DNA of 64,000 nt from Microbotryum violaceum (lineage: Eukaryota), in contig CDLV01000018.1 of assembly GCA_001244265.2 (NCBI GenBank), forward strand, positions 620,001 through 684,000, given 5' to 3'. Both the position numbers and the translations under genes were made by a program. This document shows, piece by piece, positions 27,401-39,844 of this stretch (positions are counted from its first letter, which is position 1; each line of letters begins with the position of its first letter). Under the pieces are notes generated by a model. The model saw nothing but the letters and a program-made list of their open reading frames with translations, had not been told where the DNA came from and did no database searches.

Positions 27401-27745
27401 TCAAACCATCCGCCTGTGGACCCTCAACAAGATTCGTCTCCTCCTTGCGGCAAACGATCGAACTTTGGCCTTCTTTGATCTTCCCGAGCTGACCGAGGAC
27501 GAAGTGCGGCTGTTTGATCGTCTCGAGGAACGGCTTCCCCGTTTTGATCGCCAGCAATGCGCGCAAGATGCCGAAGCGGCGCATGCCCGTCTGAACCACG
27601 ACCAACGAATTGCATTTGACGAGTGTCTTTGCGCGGTCGAGCTCGATGTCGTCGATCAGATGCGCGACAACAACCTTGGGCCGCAGCATGTGTTTTTCCT
27701 GCTAGCACCTGGGGGTACTGGCAAGACTTTTGTGGAAAATGCCCT
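24489..27745 (+). mobile_element. Decayed Helitron (Rep/Pif1-helicase pseudogene), internally deleted and 3' truncated
   Basis: Helitron motifs SQGKVRLP, SYNNALSFTS, FRVFGRLYHRLG, YQDAMACVVKYGKPSLFITVTCNPEWPEI, HUH motif [46 protein letters not shown], and Walker A APGGTGKT after which homology stops. Confidence 0.95.
26190..26375. mobile_element. Solo LTR (186 bp) inserted in the Helitron Rep gene
   Basis: Begins TGGAAG, ends CTTGCA, flanked by direct repeat GACAA (26185-26189 and 26376-26380). Removing it with one TSD restores [20 protein letters not shown] and explains the frame offset between ORFs 25393 and 26439. Confidence 0.88.
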
Positions 27746-28827
27746 TCCGGCATACCTGATATTGTAAGAAAGCTTTTGTTCCTGCCAGCTGAAATTCTTG
27801 ATACCGCCCGCGTCAATATATTTACTTGGATCACGCAATTAACAACTTACAAAGCTGGCTCTTGCCTTATAGATACCGACCTGCGACAGGCATGTTGGAT
27901 CTAAAAGCCCATAAAAGAAAATACAAAAAGGACATTTTGAGTAACACCCCTTTGATCAGAGCAACAACTACGTCGCGTGGAAGAATAGGGGCCTTGCGAC
28001 CGGCCCGAAAAACCAAAAAAATCGTATTCTTCTTATAAACACGTATTCCTCTTTTAAAATTGAGATGACGTGGGCCAGGCAGCGGCAAAAAAGCGGCAAG
28101 CGCTGGCAAGCGGTAGTAATCCGCATATCCGCAGCCGGCGGCGGCGCAACTCTCGATTTCGTCATCATCCCTCTCGGCTGAGCGCGTTCGTGACTTCACA
28201 GGCACCCGCAGCCAAGAGCTTCTGATGCGTTGAGAACAGGAAGAAGGGAGCAACAGTTACCACTAGTGTCCCGTGGTGATTGAATTCACCACTTGAAGCG
28301 CTCGCAGTCGACTAGAAATTGAAAGTTTGGTCGCGTGACTCGGGCACTTTCAATTTGGCAAAACCGCGCAAACCACCCGAACAAAAGGGAGTCGGTAGTA
28401 CGGCATGCGATGCGAAGGAGTACATCAGTGGGAGAGCTCGGAAACAACGATGCCGATCTGTTCGTATCCCCTCGCCAGCCACCACCCTCCAACGCTGCGA
28501 GAAGTGTGAGGCATATTCCGTTACTGACGAAGTTGTGCTCGGCCTTGGCACGCCGACCGGCCGCGCTTGCGCTCGCTTGGGGGCACGTCATGTGGACGAG
28601 GCGAAGGGCAAGTCGAGCCGGGCGTTGCCGTCCCTTGCCGCTACGCGCCCCGACTTTACCGAGAACGGCGGGGCCCTCGAGGTCCGAGAGACGCACCCAA
28701 TGCAACTTGTTTCCTTTGCGTTCGTTCGGACTTCTGCCTTGGCCCATCCATTGTCGGTCGTCGCTTCTTTTAACTTCTCTCTTCCCTTTCTGACCTTCTT
28801 CACTAAGCCAAACACGAGCCAAACAAG

Positions 28828-30232
28828 ATGGTAGCTATCCTGCCCGCCGAGTTGCTCAACGCGATACTGCCCGCCTCGCTGCCGGCGGCGACACGTGCCG
28901 GCGTACGACCTCGCAACGCTCAGCTGTGCACGCTCGCTCAGCTCGACCGCACCTGGCAGAGGTTCGCGCAGGCCCAGTTGGAAGAGTGTCTCGGATTGAG
29001 GGGCGAGCATTTTCGCAAATTGGAGCTGGAGCATCCGGACAGGTCCCCGTCGCCGACCGCGGAGAGGAGGAGGGTAGACTCGAGTCTCGGCAGGCACGCG
29101 GCGGAGAGGGCACGTGATGCGGGGGAGCGTGGCAGGGGCTCGCCGTTCAGGAGCTCCAGTTCGGCGTGTCGGGATGACGGTCAAGCGCAAGAGCGAGGTC
29201 GCTCGTTGCTGCGTCGTACTACGAGCTACCATAAGAGGATCCCGATCGTACTCCCCGGTGGCGCGAGGGAACGGGCGAGCAAGGTCAAGACGTTGGTCAT
29301 TGACAAGTGCCTCGACCAGCAGCGCTACTCGGTCGTCAAGAGGTCCTTGGCGGCGTTCGATCAGGTCGAAAAGGTCTACCTTGCCGGCACGGGCGAGTGG
29401 TACGCACTAACGAGTTTGAACGAGTTGCCGAGTGAGTGGTTGCTCTCGACTAGGCTACCATAATTCTTAAACGTCCTACTGATCGAAAGGTCGTGTTTGC
29501 CCCGCTAAAACAGAGCTGACCTCGCTCCACCTCGCGCGAGTCTACCACGCCTTGCCACCGTCACAACCCTTTAGTTCATTGACGACACTCTCGATCAGTT
29601 TCGGTCTACCCAAACACGTCGACTGGGCCTTGCTACGCGCGAGGTTGCTCCCTGCGTTGAAGACTTTCATCCTGCACCCGGTCGACTGGGACTTTATCCA
29701 AGAGCAGGGCGCGACCTTCTACCCCGCATTCGAAGAGATCGCACCTCAACTCGAGGCCGTGCTTTTTGCCGGACAAGACCATCACTTGGACGAGCCCGTC
29801 GATTGGGCGAGGATGATGAGGAGATTGAACAAGGTCAAGGTGCTGGAATTAAGGTTGACGACTGGCGAGGCGTTGAAAAGCGTCGAGGGGCTTTGGAACA
29901 CTGAGGACGAGGGAGAGCAGGTTCAAGGCGAGCTGAGGCTCGGATCCAAGATGATCACCAACGGCAGACTGCGAGAACTGCTGTTCCCCAAGGAAGAGGC
30001 TGCAGTGGAACAGGACGAGGTCATGGTGCCGAGAACGAGGCTGAGGGGCCTACAAAAGCTGTGCCTGCCCGAGGTGAGCGGCGGCGAGGTCTGGAGGAGG
30101 ACCAAGACTTCGATCGATTTTGACCGAGAGGACAGGGAAGCGGCCAAGAAGTGGTGTGCCTTGTACGGGGTCGAGTTGTCGTGGACTGGCGAGGAAGATG
30201 AGTGCGCGTTGGTCGAAGAATGGAAGGCTTGA
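28828..30232 (+). CDS. Hypothetical protein with F-box-like N-terminus and LRR-like segments, 2 exons
   Basis: Starts MVAILPAELLNAIL...LCTLAQLDRTWQRFAQAQL; intron 29432-29513 joins in frame to KLTSLHL; LTTLSI and LQKLCL repeats. Confidence 0.7.
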
Positions 30233-31106
30233 AGAGGGGCTTCATTGGACACTTCAATGGACATTTCTTTCTTCTTACGCGAGCATCGCCTTTCTCCTTT
30301 TTTTATTTTTATTTTTGTACTACTATGGTTCTATGGACAACATGCAGCAGATACTGTTTTTTGTTTTGCTTGTCCAGAGGTCCGAAGCGGAGGAGCTCGG
30401 CCTGAACGATCGCCGATCTAATTCGTCATAGGTCCGTGCGAGAGGCGGTGCTACGTCGGTCGATGCGGCACGTGAGTTGGTCCTTTCGGAAACCGCTCAG
30501 TTGTTTTATGTAAGCTTGATGAGCACATAGCCAACAGTAGGTCCCTGCTAAAATCATTCAAGATTTTTGAGAGTGGTGCTGTGCTAGGACGTTGCAGTGG
30601 GCGAATTTCCCACTCTTTGAGGTGAGAGACTGACCCGGAGGGCTGTGACCGGCTTGCTGCTGTGTGACTACAGCGCGTGCACTCAACGTGCCTCTACTTA
30701 CTGCGTGCCTAATAAGTGAGCTTGGGTGTGCTTCCGGGCGCCTGCGTAGTCCTGCGTGCGAGTACGTGGGCTGTCTTGCCTTGCCTTGCGAGGCCTTGCG
30801 CGCGTTTTGGTGCAGCTGTCTCAGGCTGAGTGCTCTTTCCCATCCCACCGACTCTTGTCCACTCGAGGTCAGTGCCTTGGCTGTGGACGGACTCTGCCTA
30901 GGACACTTGGCTGACAGCTTGACTTTTTGTCTGCCTACCGTTGTCTTTTGCCGCCTGCTGTTGCGCGCGTACGATCGACCACCTACTGCATCTACTGACT
31001 GCCGCTCACTGCCGGCGCTGGTACGACTGGCCGCAGCCCACAGCAGCCCACGCCAGCCGTCAGCGCGTCAGCTCCCGCCAGCTCCGCCAGCCGCCAACGG
31101 ACCCCA

Positions 31107-31141
31107 ATCGCATCGCATCGCATCGCATCGCATCGCATCGC
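31107..31141. repeat. (ATCGC)n pentanucleotide microsatellite upstream of RHO1
   Basis: Seven consecutive atcgc units. Confidence 0.9.
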
Positions 31142-31244
31142 GTCCTCGGCTCTCGGCTCGCCCTAACCCTCGCCCCGTCTCACCTCGCCTTCGATCCCCC
31201 CGTCCTCTCCCCTCTCCCCTCTCCCCTCACACCTCCCCCTGACC

Positions 31245-32263
31245 ATGTCGATGGAACAGACCAAGCGCCTCAAGCTGGTGATCGTCGGCGACGGCGCGTG
31301 CGGCAAGACGTGTCTGCTCATCGTCTTCTCAAAGGGCACATTCCCCGAGGTGCGTCGCCGTTCGCGCGTCCGGCTTCCTACTTGAGATGCCGCAGTCAGG
31401 AGTCGGGGTCGTGTCGCAGTCGAGATCTATATCGGCGGCAAAGACTGTGGTGTACGCTGCCTTGCTGGATCGGAGGCCGCCTAGGCAGTGTAGGCGTCGT
31501 GGCCGTCGTCGTCGTCGTCGTGACGCTCTGGGCCGTCGTGACGGACGACCAACCCCACCGCGCGGAGGCACACTCTCGCCGGCCCGTTCTGGGAGACGAC
31601 CACCACGACGATTTCACTGCACGGGGGTTAGCGTCAGCTCGACGATCGTTCTTGCATGGAAATTCAGTCATCAGATCTGTTCCTGCTCTCTAATGCACGT
31701 GTGCTGACACTGGTGCTTCCTTACCTTTGCCACGCGGCGGTGCATACGACGCTCGATTCCCTCTTCGTCGGCAGGTCTACGTCCCGACCGTCTTCGAGAA
31801 CTATGTCGCAGATGTCGTCGTCGATGGAAAGCGCGTCGAGTTGGCGTTGTGGGATACGGCAGGCCAAGAGGACTACGATCGTCTACGACCCCTGTCTTAC
31901 CCGGATTCACACGTGATCCTCATTTGTTTCGCGGTCGACTCACCCGACTCGCTCGACAACGTTCAGGAGAAGTGGATCTCGGAGGTGTTGCACTTCTGCT
32001 CCGGCCTGCCCATCATCCTCGTAGGGTGCAAGAAGGATCTCCGATTTGATCCCAAGACGGTCGACGAGTTGCGAAGGACGTCGCAACGCCCGGTGACGAG
32101 CCAGGAGGGCGAGTCGGTGCGCCAAAAAATCGGCGCGACGAAATACCTCGAGTGCTCGGCCAAGTCCGGCGAGGGCGTGCGTGAGGTGTTTGAGCTCGCG
32201 ACCCGATTGGCGCTTTTGTCGTGCAAGAAGCGTAGGAAGCCGAGCGGGTGCAAGATCCTCTAG
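31245..32263 (+). CDS. RHO1: Rho1 small GTPase
   Basis: [26 protein letters not shown], intron 31350-31774, [31 protein letters not shown]-terminal CAAX CKIL. Confidence 0.97.
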
Positions 32264-33364
32264 TTAGGCATTGTCACCCCCTCCGCCTGCTAATCTACTC
32301 TCGCCCTCTCCCCGTAATCGCCTCGGAATGCCTCACCTGCGACCACTTACTTCTCGGTCCTCGCCTCATCCGTCACTTCCGTATCCTCAACCTCCCATTC
32401 TATAATCGATGCGAACACTCCGCGCCCTTTATGATGATTTGCTTTTGGTACTTCCCCAACGATCCCTCGTGGTTTCTGTCTACTCGCGGCTCCCCGAAGG
32501 CCCTCTCTTGTGTATACGCTCACACGAATTTTTCTCAACCCTTTTTCTCTCGATCTCTCTTACCTTCTCCACTCTGTGCTTCATCTCTTCTGTGTTTTTT
32601 TGCTCTTTTTTTGCTCTTTCATTTTTGCTATGAATTTCCAGCTTAGTTGGGCCCCGCCCTTGTTGCGTGTCGTCTGATGAGTGATGAGCTTGGACGGAAA
32701 GAATCTGCTTGTTGCAGTAGGATCGTATGCGCTGTTAGCGATGGCGCTAGTTGGCGACCGGCGACCCCTCGCGGGCTTGACAGGACCCGGAAAAGCTCAC
32801 TGCAGCCCGATGTGCGTCTCGGAGACTGCACTTTTCGGGCCCAATTATGCCTTGTAAGATGCTACATGACCTAGTTTCTGATGGTAGAGTAGCTTTTTCA
32901 ACATAAATCGATAACCTGGTCTTACACTGGAATACACATACCCCTTGAATAGAAATATTCGGTGTACAGATTGGCCTAAAAACGGGGTTTTTCGAGACGC
33001 ACCTTCGGCTGAGCTTTCCCGGGTCCTGGCTTGACTCGACTCGGATAATCTCGCGGTCGATTTGAGGACCACGTCATCTTCTCTTTCGGCGCTCTCTTTG
33101 GTGCTCAAAACTTGGGGTCCTCGCACCGAAGCAAAGTGCATGCCCCTGAACCTCTTTCGTCTTAATCGATTACTTCCCACTCTACGAACCGGCGTGATCT
33201 GTGAACGACCTTCAACGACACGAGGCTCGAATCGACTTTGTACGTTCTCGCTCTCCGTTCAGCTTCGGAAACGGCGAAGCAGCGGAAGCATTGCTTACCC
33301 ACTTATCGACGGTCCGATCGGAATCCTAGCCATTCTACTTTTAACGCAGGAGTTTCAGCGAAAT

Positions 33365-35193
33365 ATGTCTAGCACCACCACCACCACCACCACCACGAGG
33401 ACGGGAACGGGGACGGAGCAGCTAGTACACGGTGCGCGCTCGACCCCACGTGATTACGCGCGATTGAAATTCACCTTGCCAGAGGTCAAGTATGTTGGCA
33501 TGCTGGCTTGTCAGCGTGAGTGCTTTTTTTAAATTCGGTCTCAAAAAGGATTCTTTGGTTTTTCTTGGTTCTTGGGGTAGCTGAGGTTGAGGTTCTGGTT
33601 CGTGTTTTTCGCGCGGGCGATTGATTGTTGCTCAGGTGATCCGCTATTGGCGACGTTGGAGACGGAGGTCATTCGCTGCGAAAAAATCGTTAAAGGATCG
33701 TTGGCTACGTTGAATGGCAAGCAGGCTAAGAAGGGCAAAGGTGAAGAGAAGAAGGTTGAAGCCATGGGCAAGGACCTCGATGGGAAACAGAGTGGGGAGG
33801 CAGTGCAAGAGTGGGAGCTCGAATTGCAGGATACGGTTCTCTTCCCCGAAGGCGGAGGACAACCCTGTGACCATGGGACTATTCAACTTGTTCATGAAGG
33901 TCAAACATCCACGGAGGAGGAAGGGGAGAAGAAGATCCGCGTTGAAAATGTGCAGAGGAAGAGTTTGGATGCGGTGCATTATGTTGATCGGTTTGTTGAG
34001 GTTGGCACCAAGGTCAGGATCGAGGTCGATATGCAGAGGAGGTGGGATGTGATGCTGCAACATACGGGACAACATGTGAGTACATCCAGCGGTATTACTA
34101 TTTCTAACGAGCACAGCACATGATATGATGAGGCTGATCCCCTTCAGCGATTAATCCTCGCCATCAGCTCCTCTCGGCCGTGATCGAGGCCCAATTGCAA
34201 CTCGACACTTTGTCCTGGTCGCTACAGCCTTTCCCCGATATGAACTACATCGAATTACCGCGCGCGCTGACACCAGAGGAGATCGAAACGATCCAATCGA
34301 CGTGCAATGCCCACATCCGGTCGGCCGTCCCCATTCACGTTGATTTCACGATCGGTTCCCTCGAAAACGCCACTGGCGAATTGGGTGGTTCGGTCCCTTC
34401 GAATTATGTCGATACGACCGGACAAGCGCGCCCACCGGTGTTGAGGACCGTCTCGATCGGTGGTATCGACTCGAACCCTTGTTGCGGAACCCATCTACCG
34501 TCGACATCGATGCTGGAGACGGTGTACGTGTCCGCTTACACGACGCCGATCAGAGGTACGAACGCGAGGATCTATTTCGCCGTTGGGTCGCAAAGGGTCG
34601 GCAAGTTGTTCAGGCAGGATGAACAGGTGCTTAAAGGCGTGGGTGGAGTTTTGGGATGCTCGGTTGCGGAATTAGTGGGGAGGGTCGGCCAGATGAAGAG
34701 TGGGGCTGCGGACGCGATGAAGAGGGAAAAGAAGTTGAGGGAGGAATTGGCCGCTTTCGTCGCTGAGAAAGTTTGGGACACGTCGAGTCGAAATGAGGTG
34801 GGTGGGAAGGTGGTGAGGAAAGGATTATGTTGGAGGTTGGAAGATGCGACCAACTCGTTGGAGTTTTTGAGCAGTGTTGCGGTTGGGCTCAAGACTCGCA
34901 TGGACGAGGCACAGGAGGAGAAGTGCCTATTCGTATTGGGATGTGGGGGGACACCTCGAGCGGGTGGGGTCAGGGGCGAGAGCGCGAGTGCAGTGAATGG
35001 CGGAGGGGCGTTGTTGATCGTCGGTGATCAGGGTCTGGTCGCTCGTGCCGGGAAGGAGGTCGGGGTCAGGTTCGGTACGAGGATCCGAGGTGGGGGTAAG
35101 GGCAAGTGGCAGGGCAAGCTTACAAGTGAACAGGGGTGGGAAAAGTGCGATGACGGCTTATTGAAGAAGGTGTTGGAAGCAGTAGAGCTGTAG
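33365..35193 (+). CDS. Free-standing alanyl-tRNA editing protein (AlaX/AARSD1-like)
   Basis: LACQRDPLL, LQDTVLFPEGGGQPCDHG, Zn ligands QHTGQHLLSA and CCGTH, C-terminal IRGGGKGKWQGK. Introns 33516-33635 and 34076-34167. Confidence 0.93.
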
Positions 35194-35513
35194 CCCTTTT
35201 TTTAGAATATAGTATAGATTGACCCAGAAGCCACCGCTTGGAACGGATTATTTTGAATTCATTTTGCCTGGGATTTGCGCGGCGAGCGGCGATTCATTAC
35301 CTCACCGACCGATTGGCCGAGCCTTCGTGCTTCCCCACACGATCGCGATCCTCTCCGCACCGTCTCCGCCCCGAGCGGAGTCTTCGTCGTCACCGTCAGC
35401 CGCCGGTGAATTTCTGCCCTGGCTTCCGCCCCCACACTAGCTAGATTCCCGGTTATATTCTCTTCCCACCTCTTTCCCCCTGCTCAACAAACCGCCCAAT
35501 CTGCCTACGTACA

Positions 35514-36667
35514 ATGAGCTTAACCTCAACCTCGAGCGCTAAGTCCCCGATCCCGATCGTTTTCGATGTGCTCGGGACGTGCTTCTCGTTCGATCCGGCG
35601 ATCGACGCCGTGCGCGAGATGTTTCCGGAAAAGTTCTCCTCCGAAGCGCATGCGAGATCCGTTATCGACGATTGGTTCCATTCGAGTCAGAGGGACTTTG
35701 TTTGTCAGTGTTGCAGTGGCAGCGTGTGGTTGGTGGTCGTTTGATTTGCGCTGATGAAGACGACTCGCTTCGATACCTGCCCCATTTGGCTCACGGCGGT
35801 CCGTCTTTGTCAACAGACTTGTCAATGAATGGTGGCTACACGTGAGTTACAACCCATACGAGTCGGTCCCTTTCAGAAGGCTGATCAACGGTGTCTGCTC
35901 CCCACCCCCATTACCTTATGATGCCGCAGTCCGATCGCGCAAATCCTCAAAGCGACCCTCCCTCGCGTACTGCAGATGAACCAAATCACCGCCACCACCC
36001 TCACCCAAGACGATCTTTCCCCAGTACTCTCCATCATCCCTTCCTTACCACCCCGTCCAAGCTTGGTCGAGTGCTCGGCCCTGCTCCTCGCGGCTGAAAA
36101 CCCTTCGTTTCAACTTATGGCTGCGACCAATGGCGCGGACAAGACTACGAGGGGCTTTTACAAATCTGCTCTTGGAGATGAAGAGGCGGAAAAGTGGATG
36201 TATTTCAGTTGCGATGAGATTGAGGTCGCTAAACCGGCACCGGTCGTGTACGAAGCCATTTGGGAGAGGTTGAGAAGTAAAGCGCTGGGCAAGGACGGAG
36301 GGTGGTTTGTGGCGAGTCATACGTGGTCAGTCAAGGGCTGGATGATACTCTGATGATCCAATCCGTGAGCTTATGTGGATCGAATGAATGATGGCGTGCT
36401 CGACAGGGATCTTTACGCGGCAAAGAAAGCAGGGTCAGTCGCTCTGAAATACTTTCGGTCACCCAGTGTTTGAGATTCAGTCTGACTCTTAGTTACTTCG
36501 ATGCCCACAGATTCAAGACAGCCTGGGCATCGTACGAGGAACACGATCTTGCTTCGGACGTGTGGAGTCGGCCGGACGTCATTGGTCCAGATCTCGTCGA
36601 CGTCGCCAAGCAAATCATCGCTTGGGAGACAAAGAAGCTCTCTTCGAGATCCACGGCGCAGGATTGA
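35514..36667 (+). CDS. HAD-superfamily hydrolase (haloacid dehalogenase-like), multi-exon
   Basis: Motif I IVFDVLGTCF, QRDFVYLSMNG (intron 35704-35816), AATNG, AKPAPVVY, WFVASHTWDLYAAKKAGFKTAW. Confidence 0.88.
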
Positions 36668-36771
36668 CATGCGTGCAATTGCAGGGAAGAGCATAGATCA
36701 AGGAGAACTGAAATTGTTATGAATATACGTAAGCATCCGTCGGAGACAATCATGTACATCCTCCGGTGCTA

Positions 36772-39700
36772 TCAGATCCACCCCGCCGCTTTACGCTCCC
36801 TCAGCACACTCTCCACCTTCCTTAGCACCGGCGGCGTCCCTTTCGGACTCGAGGTAGTCGAACCTCCTCCACCGCGTCGTTCTCTCTCTTTTCTCTTTTC
36901 CACTTCCCGCTCGGCCTTGAGCACTCGCACAGCTTGCACGATCGTCGATCGTTCGTTCTCGATCAATTCGAGCAACTCCGACATCCCGAGGTAGTGAGCT
37001 TCGCGGGCGAGCTCGCGGAGGGACGAGATGCGATGCATTAGGATCGAGGGGGAAAGATGTAAAAGGTCGAGATGCGTTCGATCGAGATGAGTTGGGGAAG
37101 CGGTCGAGGTTGAGTAAGGGTGCGGGTGAGGGTGCGGGTTGGGCTGGGCCTGGGGCTGGGTCTCGGCCGATGAGGTGGGGAAGGTAAGCGAGGGTGGGAG
37201 AATTCCTTTTCCGGAGGGGGAGGAGACCGCCGAACGCAGGTAGGACATGATCGCCAGGTAGGGTGGCGAAGGCCGGTCGAGGAAGATTGTGAGGACCTGA
37301 ATGGTCGCCTTCTGCTGCTTGGAAGAGACCAGAGGAGGCGATGGCAGCTTGGTCGTTTCGTGGAAGGAGTGTGGGGACGAGACGAGAGAACCCCTCAGTG
37401 CCGTTGTGTCTTCGACGGTCGACGGGACAGTTTGCTTTACGTCGGTGGTCTCGACGGACTCGGCAACTTGATTGATGATGTTGAGACGAGGAACGACACA
37501 CTCCATGCGTTGAGGTAGACGTGGAACCGCTTCGTCGTCGTCGTTTTCATCGGCCAGGACGTCGACGGGAACGGACTTGACCTCCCTCCTCGCCATCGCC
37601 ATCGCGTGTGCCTTCTCGCTCGAAGTCCCTTCGGATGGCATAGGGAGAGGAGGTAAAGGTGTTTCGGTAATAAGGTGACCCTTCAACCTTCGTTCGAATA
37701 GATTTGTATCCCGCGTTCCGAGCGAAGGCAAAGTGATTGAAGTCGACTGCGACTCGATCTCGTCGTCCGAGTCCGTTCCAAACTCGAGCGTCGATTCGGG
37801 ACGGACGATCTGGGGGTGTATCGAGTGAATACGGTTTCTGGGCGAGGGCGTCTTGCACAATTTTGGGTGGTGTTGGACGGCTAGGGGCGGGCTCGTGAAG
37901 GTTGGCAAGGGGAGAAAGAGCTTGGCTTTCTTTTCGGCAAGCTGCGAATGGGATGAACCGGTACGCATTTCAGTTCGGCGTCGCGAGTCGTTGGGCTCTA
38001 AGTAATGCTGACCAAGTCTTGTTCTTACCTTCTTCGCCAGCTCTCCGTAGGATAAGATGAAAGGATCTATCACCTCACAATCATCGTCCAAGACCTCATC
38101 TGGACCGTTCTTGAACGAATCGACACAGACGGCGATCGTTTCGTGCGATTGGGCGGTAGTCCCACAGTGTTCTTCATAGGGGAAGGGCGACGGCGATCTC
38201 GAAGTGGCGAAATGTGACGCGTTGAGGATGATTGACTCGCCATCGTCGGAAGATGAGGCGTAAGCCGAGGGAGAGCGAATGCACGATGGTTCTGGCTGAG
38301 CGAGCCCCGCATCGGGTAAATGGCGTCGAATGTCATTCACCGCGGCCTGGACAAAGTCGGCAAGCTTTCCAGCACGATTTCGCGTCGTCAAAGTCGAGAG
38401 CGTAGTTAGATGCACTTCTGCGCCGATGTTGAGTTTGATGAGGAGGGTTTCAGGTGTTTTGTCCTCAATGTCGAAAGGCTCCGGACGCTCGAGAATCAAA
38501 GCGGAAAACGTCGGCTGCTCGTAAGAATTCTCGCCAACATTCATCGGGGCGAGAGGAGTCGAAGGGAGAGGGGTGAAGACGTCAAAAGTTGAAGGTGTGC
38601 CCGGAAGGGGTTGGGGAGAAGGAAACCGTTTTGGTACAAACAATGGGCGAACTCCGAATGGTATCGATGGAGGGGAGATGGGCCGAGCTGGCAGCGGGCG
38701 CGTCGGTGGGGCGGTCGGTTTTCGGCAGCTTGCCTTCGGAGGGGGTCGACGAGGGGTCAACTGGGACGACGAAGGATTATTGACCGCCGCTTGGGCCGCA
38801 GGATCAGGATTCTGAAGGCGGGAATCAGAGCGCGGTGGTGGAAGAACAATATCGGACGCTGATTTCGAGAAGCGATGGCCCGTTGCCTCGGGAGGGCGAC
38901 GAGTCGGAGAACTTTGAGGGGTTCGGTGCGGCGAGCTCTCGCTGCCCGGCAGCTTGACGCGAAGTAAGTCCAGAGAGCCATTCTGCTCAATTCCACATCG
39001 AGTGGTTAGCATAGTGCTCAGCACAATACGAAGCGCTTATGTGACCTACCATACTCAACGCCGGACTTTCCGATCGAGGGACCTGCTCGCGATTGTCGAC
39101 AGGACTTGCGCGGCCCGACTCGTTCGACTTCGAGCCCTGGCGGCGCTTCTTAAGTGTTTCGACGACCTCCTTCGCAATACCCCCGACACCCCATCTACCT
39201 TCAGTAGATCGAGAACTGCCTTCGACAATTTCTTCCTTACAAGCCGAGTCCCCGCTGCGAGATCGAGATCGCCGGCGCCCGTGCCCGTGCCCGTGCCCGT
39301 GCCCGTGCCCGTGCCCATGCCCGTGCCCGTGCCCATGCCCGTGCCCATGTGCCGACTCGATCCGATCGCAGCTGCGACTCGCGGTGTGACCACGAGTGTA
39401 GGATCGACTCGAGCCCTCGGAAGTAGGGGAGAACTGCATCGAATCACGGGTAAAGAGTCGATGCAATCGGAATCCGGCAGAAATGAGACTGTTAGGATTC
39501 GAACTTGCGGCAACGCCGAGAGTTTCGGACGAGAACTTTGACTCGAGTCGGTGATCGGGACTCGGCGGCGGGGTTGTCTTCCTGCGAGGCGGTTCGGGCA
39601 GGGTGAAGGGCTGGAGGTCGATGATGGGACCAAAAGGTTGGGGGAGAATCCAAGGCGCGGGAAGGGTCTGCGACGTCGTAGTAGTCGTAGTCTGAGTCGA

Positions 39701-39844
39701 AGACGGAGTTTGGGAGGAAGCGGGGGCCGCGGGCGAGGAAGTGCTCTGGGTTTTGTTGTCGATCATCGAGGCCCTGGTGCCAGCGCCTGTGTCGAGCATG
39801 TCCATGAGTGAGGGCGTAGGCTCGAATGAAAGAATGGGAAGCAT
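36772..39844 (-). CDS. Ser/Pro-rich hypothetical protein with a split KCTD-type BTB/POZ-like domain and an (HG)n tract
   Basis: Two long ORFs joined in frame by intron 38983-39049 (GTAGGT..CTAAC..CAG). IKLNIGAEVHLTTLSTLT and IFLDRP..YLAIMSYLR..LAREAHYLGMSEL. Confidence 0.75.
39278..39349. repeat. (CCCGTG/CCCATG)n hexamer repeat, encoding (HG)n on the minus strand
   Basis: About 12 tandem units read directly. Confidence 0.9.

Noticed and set aside
27763..27851. TGTAAG...CTTACA possible mini solo LTR
   Set aside because: Only 89 bp and the flanks (GATAT versus AAGCT) show no TSD.
35700..35816. Suspected hidden micro-exon in the HAD gene
   Set aside because: Using donor GTCAGT at 35704 gives RDFVYLSMNG in frame, so none is needed.
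39093..39389. ORF with (PC)n repeat resembling a metallothionein
   Set aside because: It is the antisense reading of the (HG)n microsatellite within a longer minus-strand gene.
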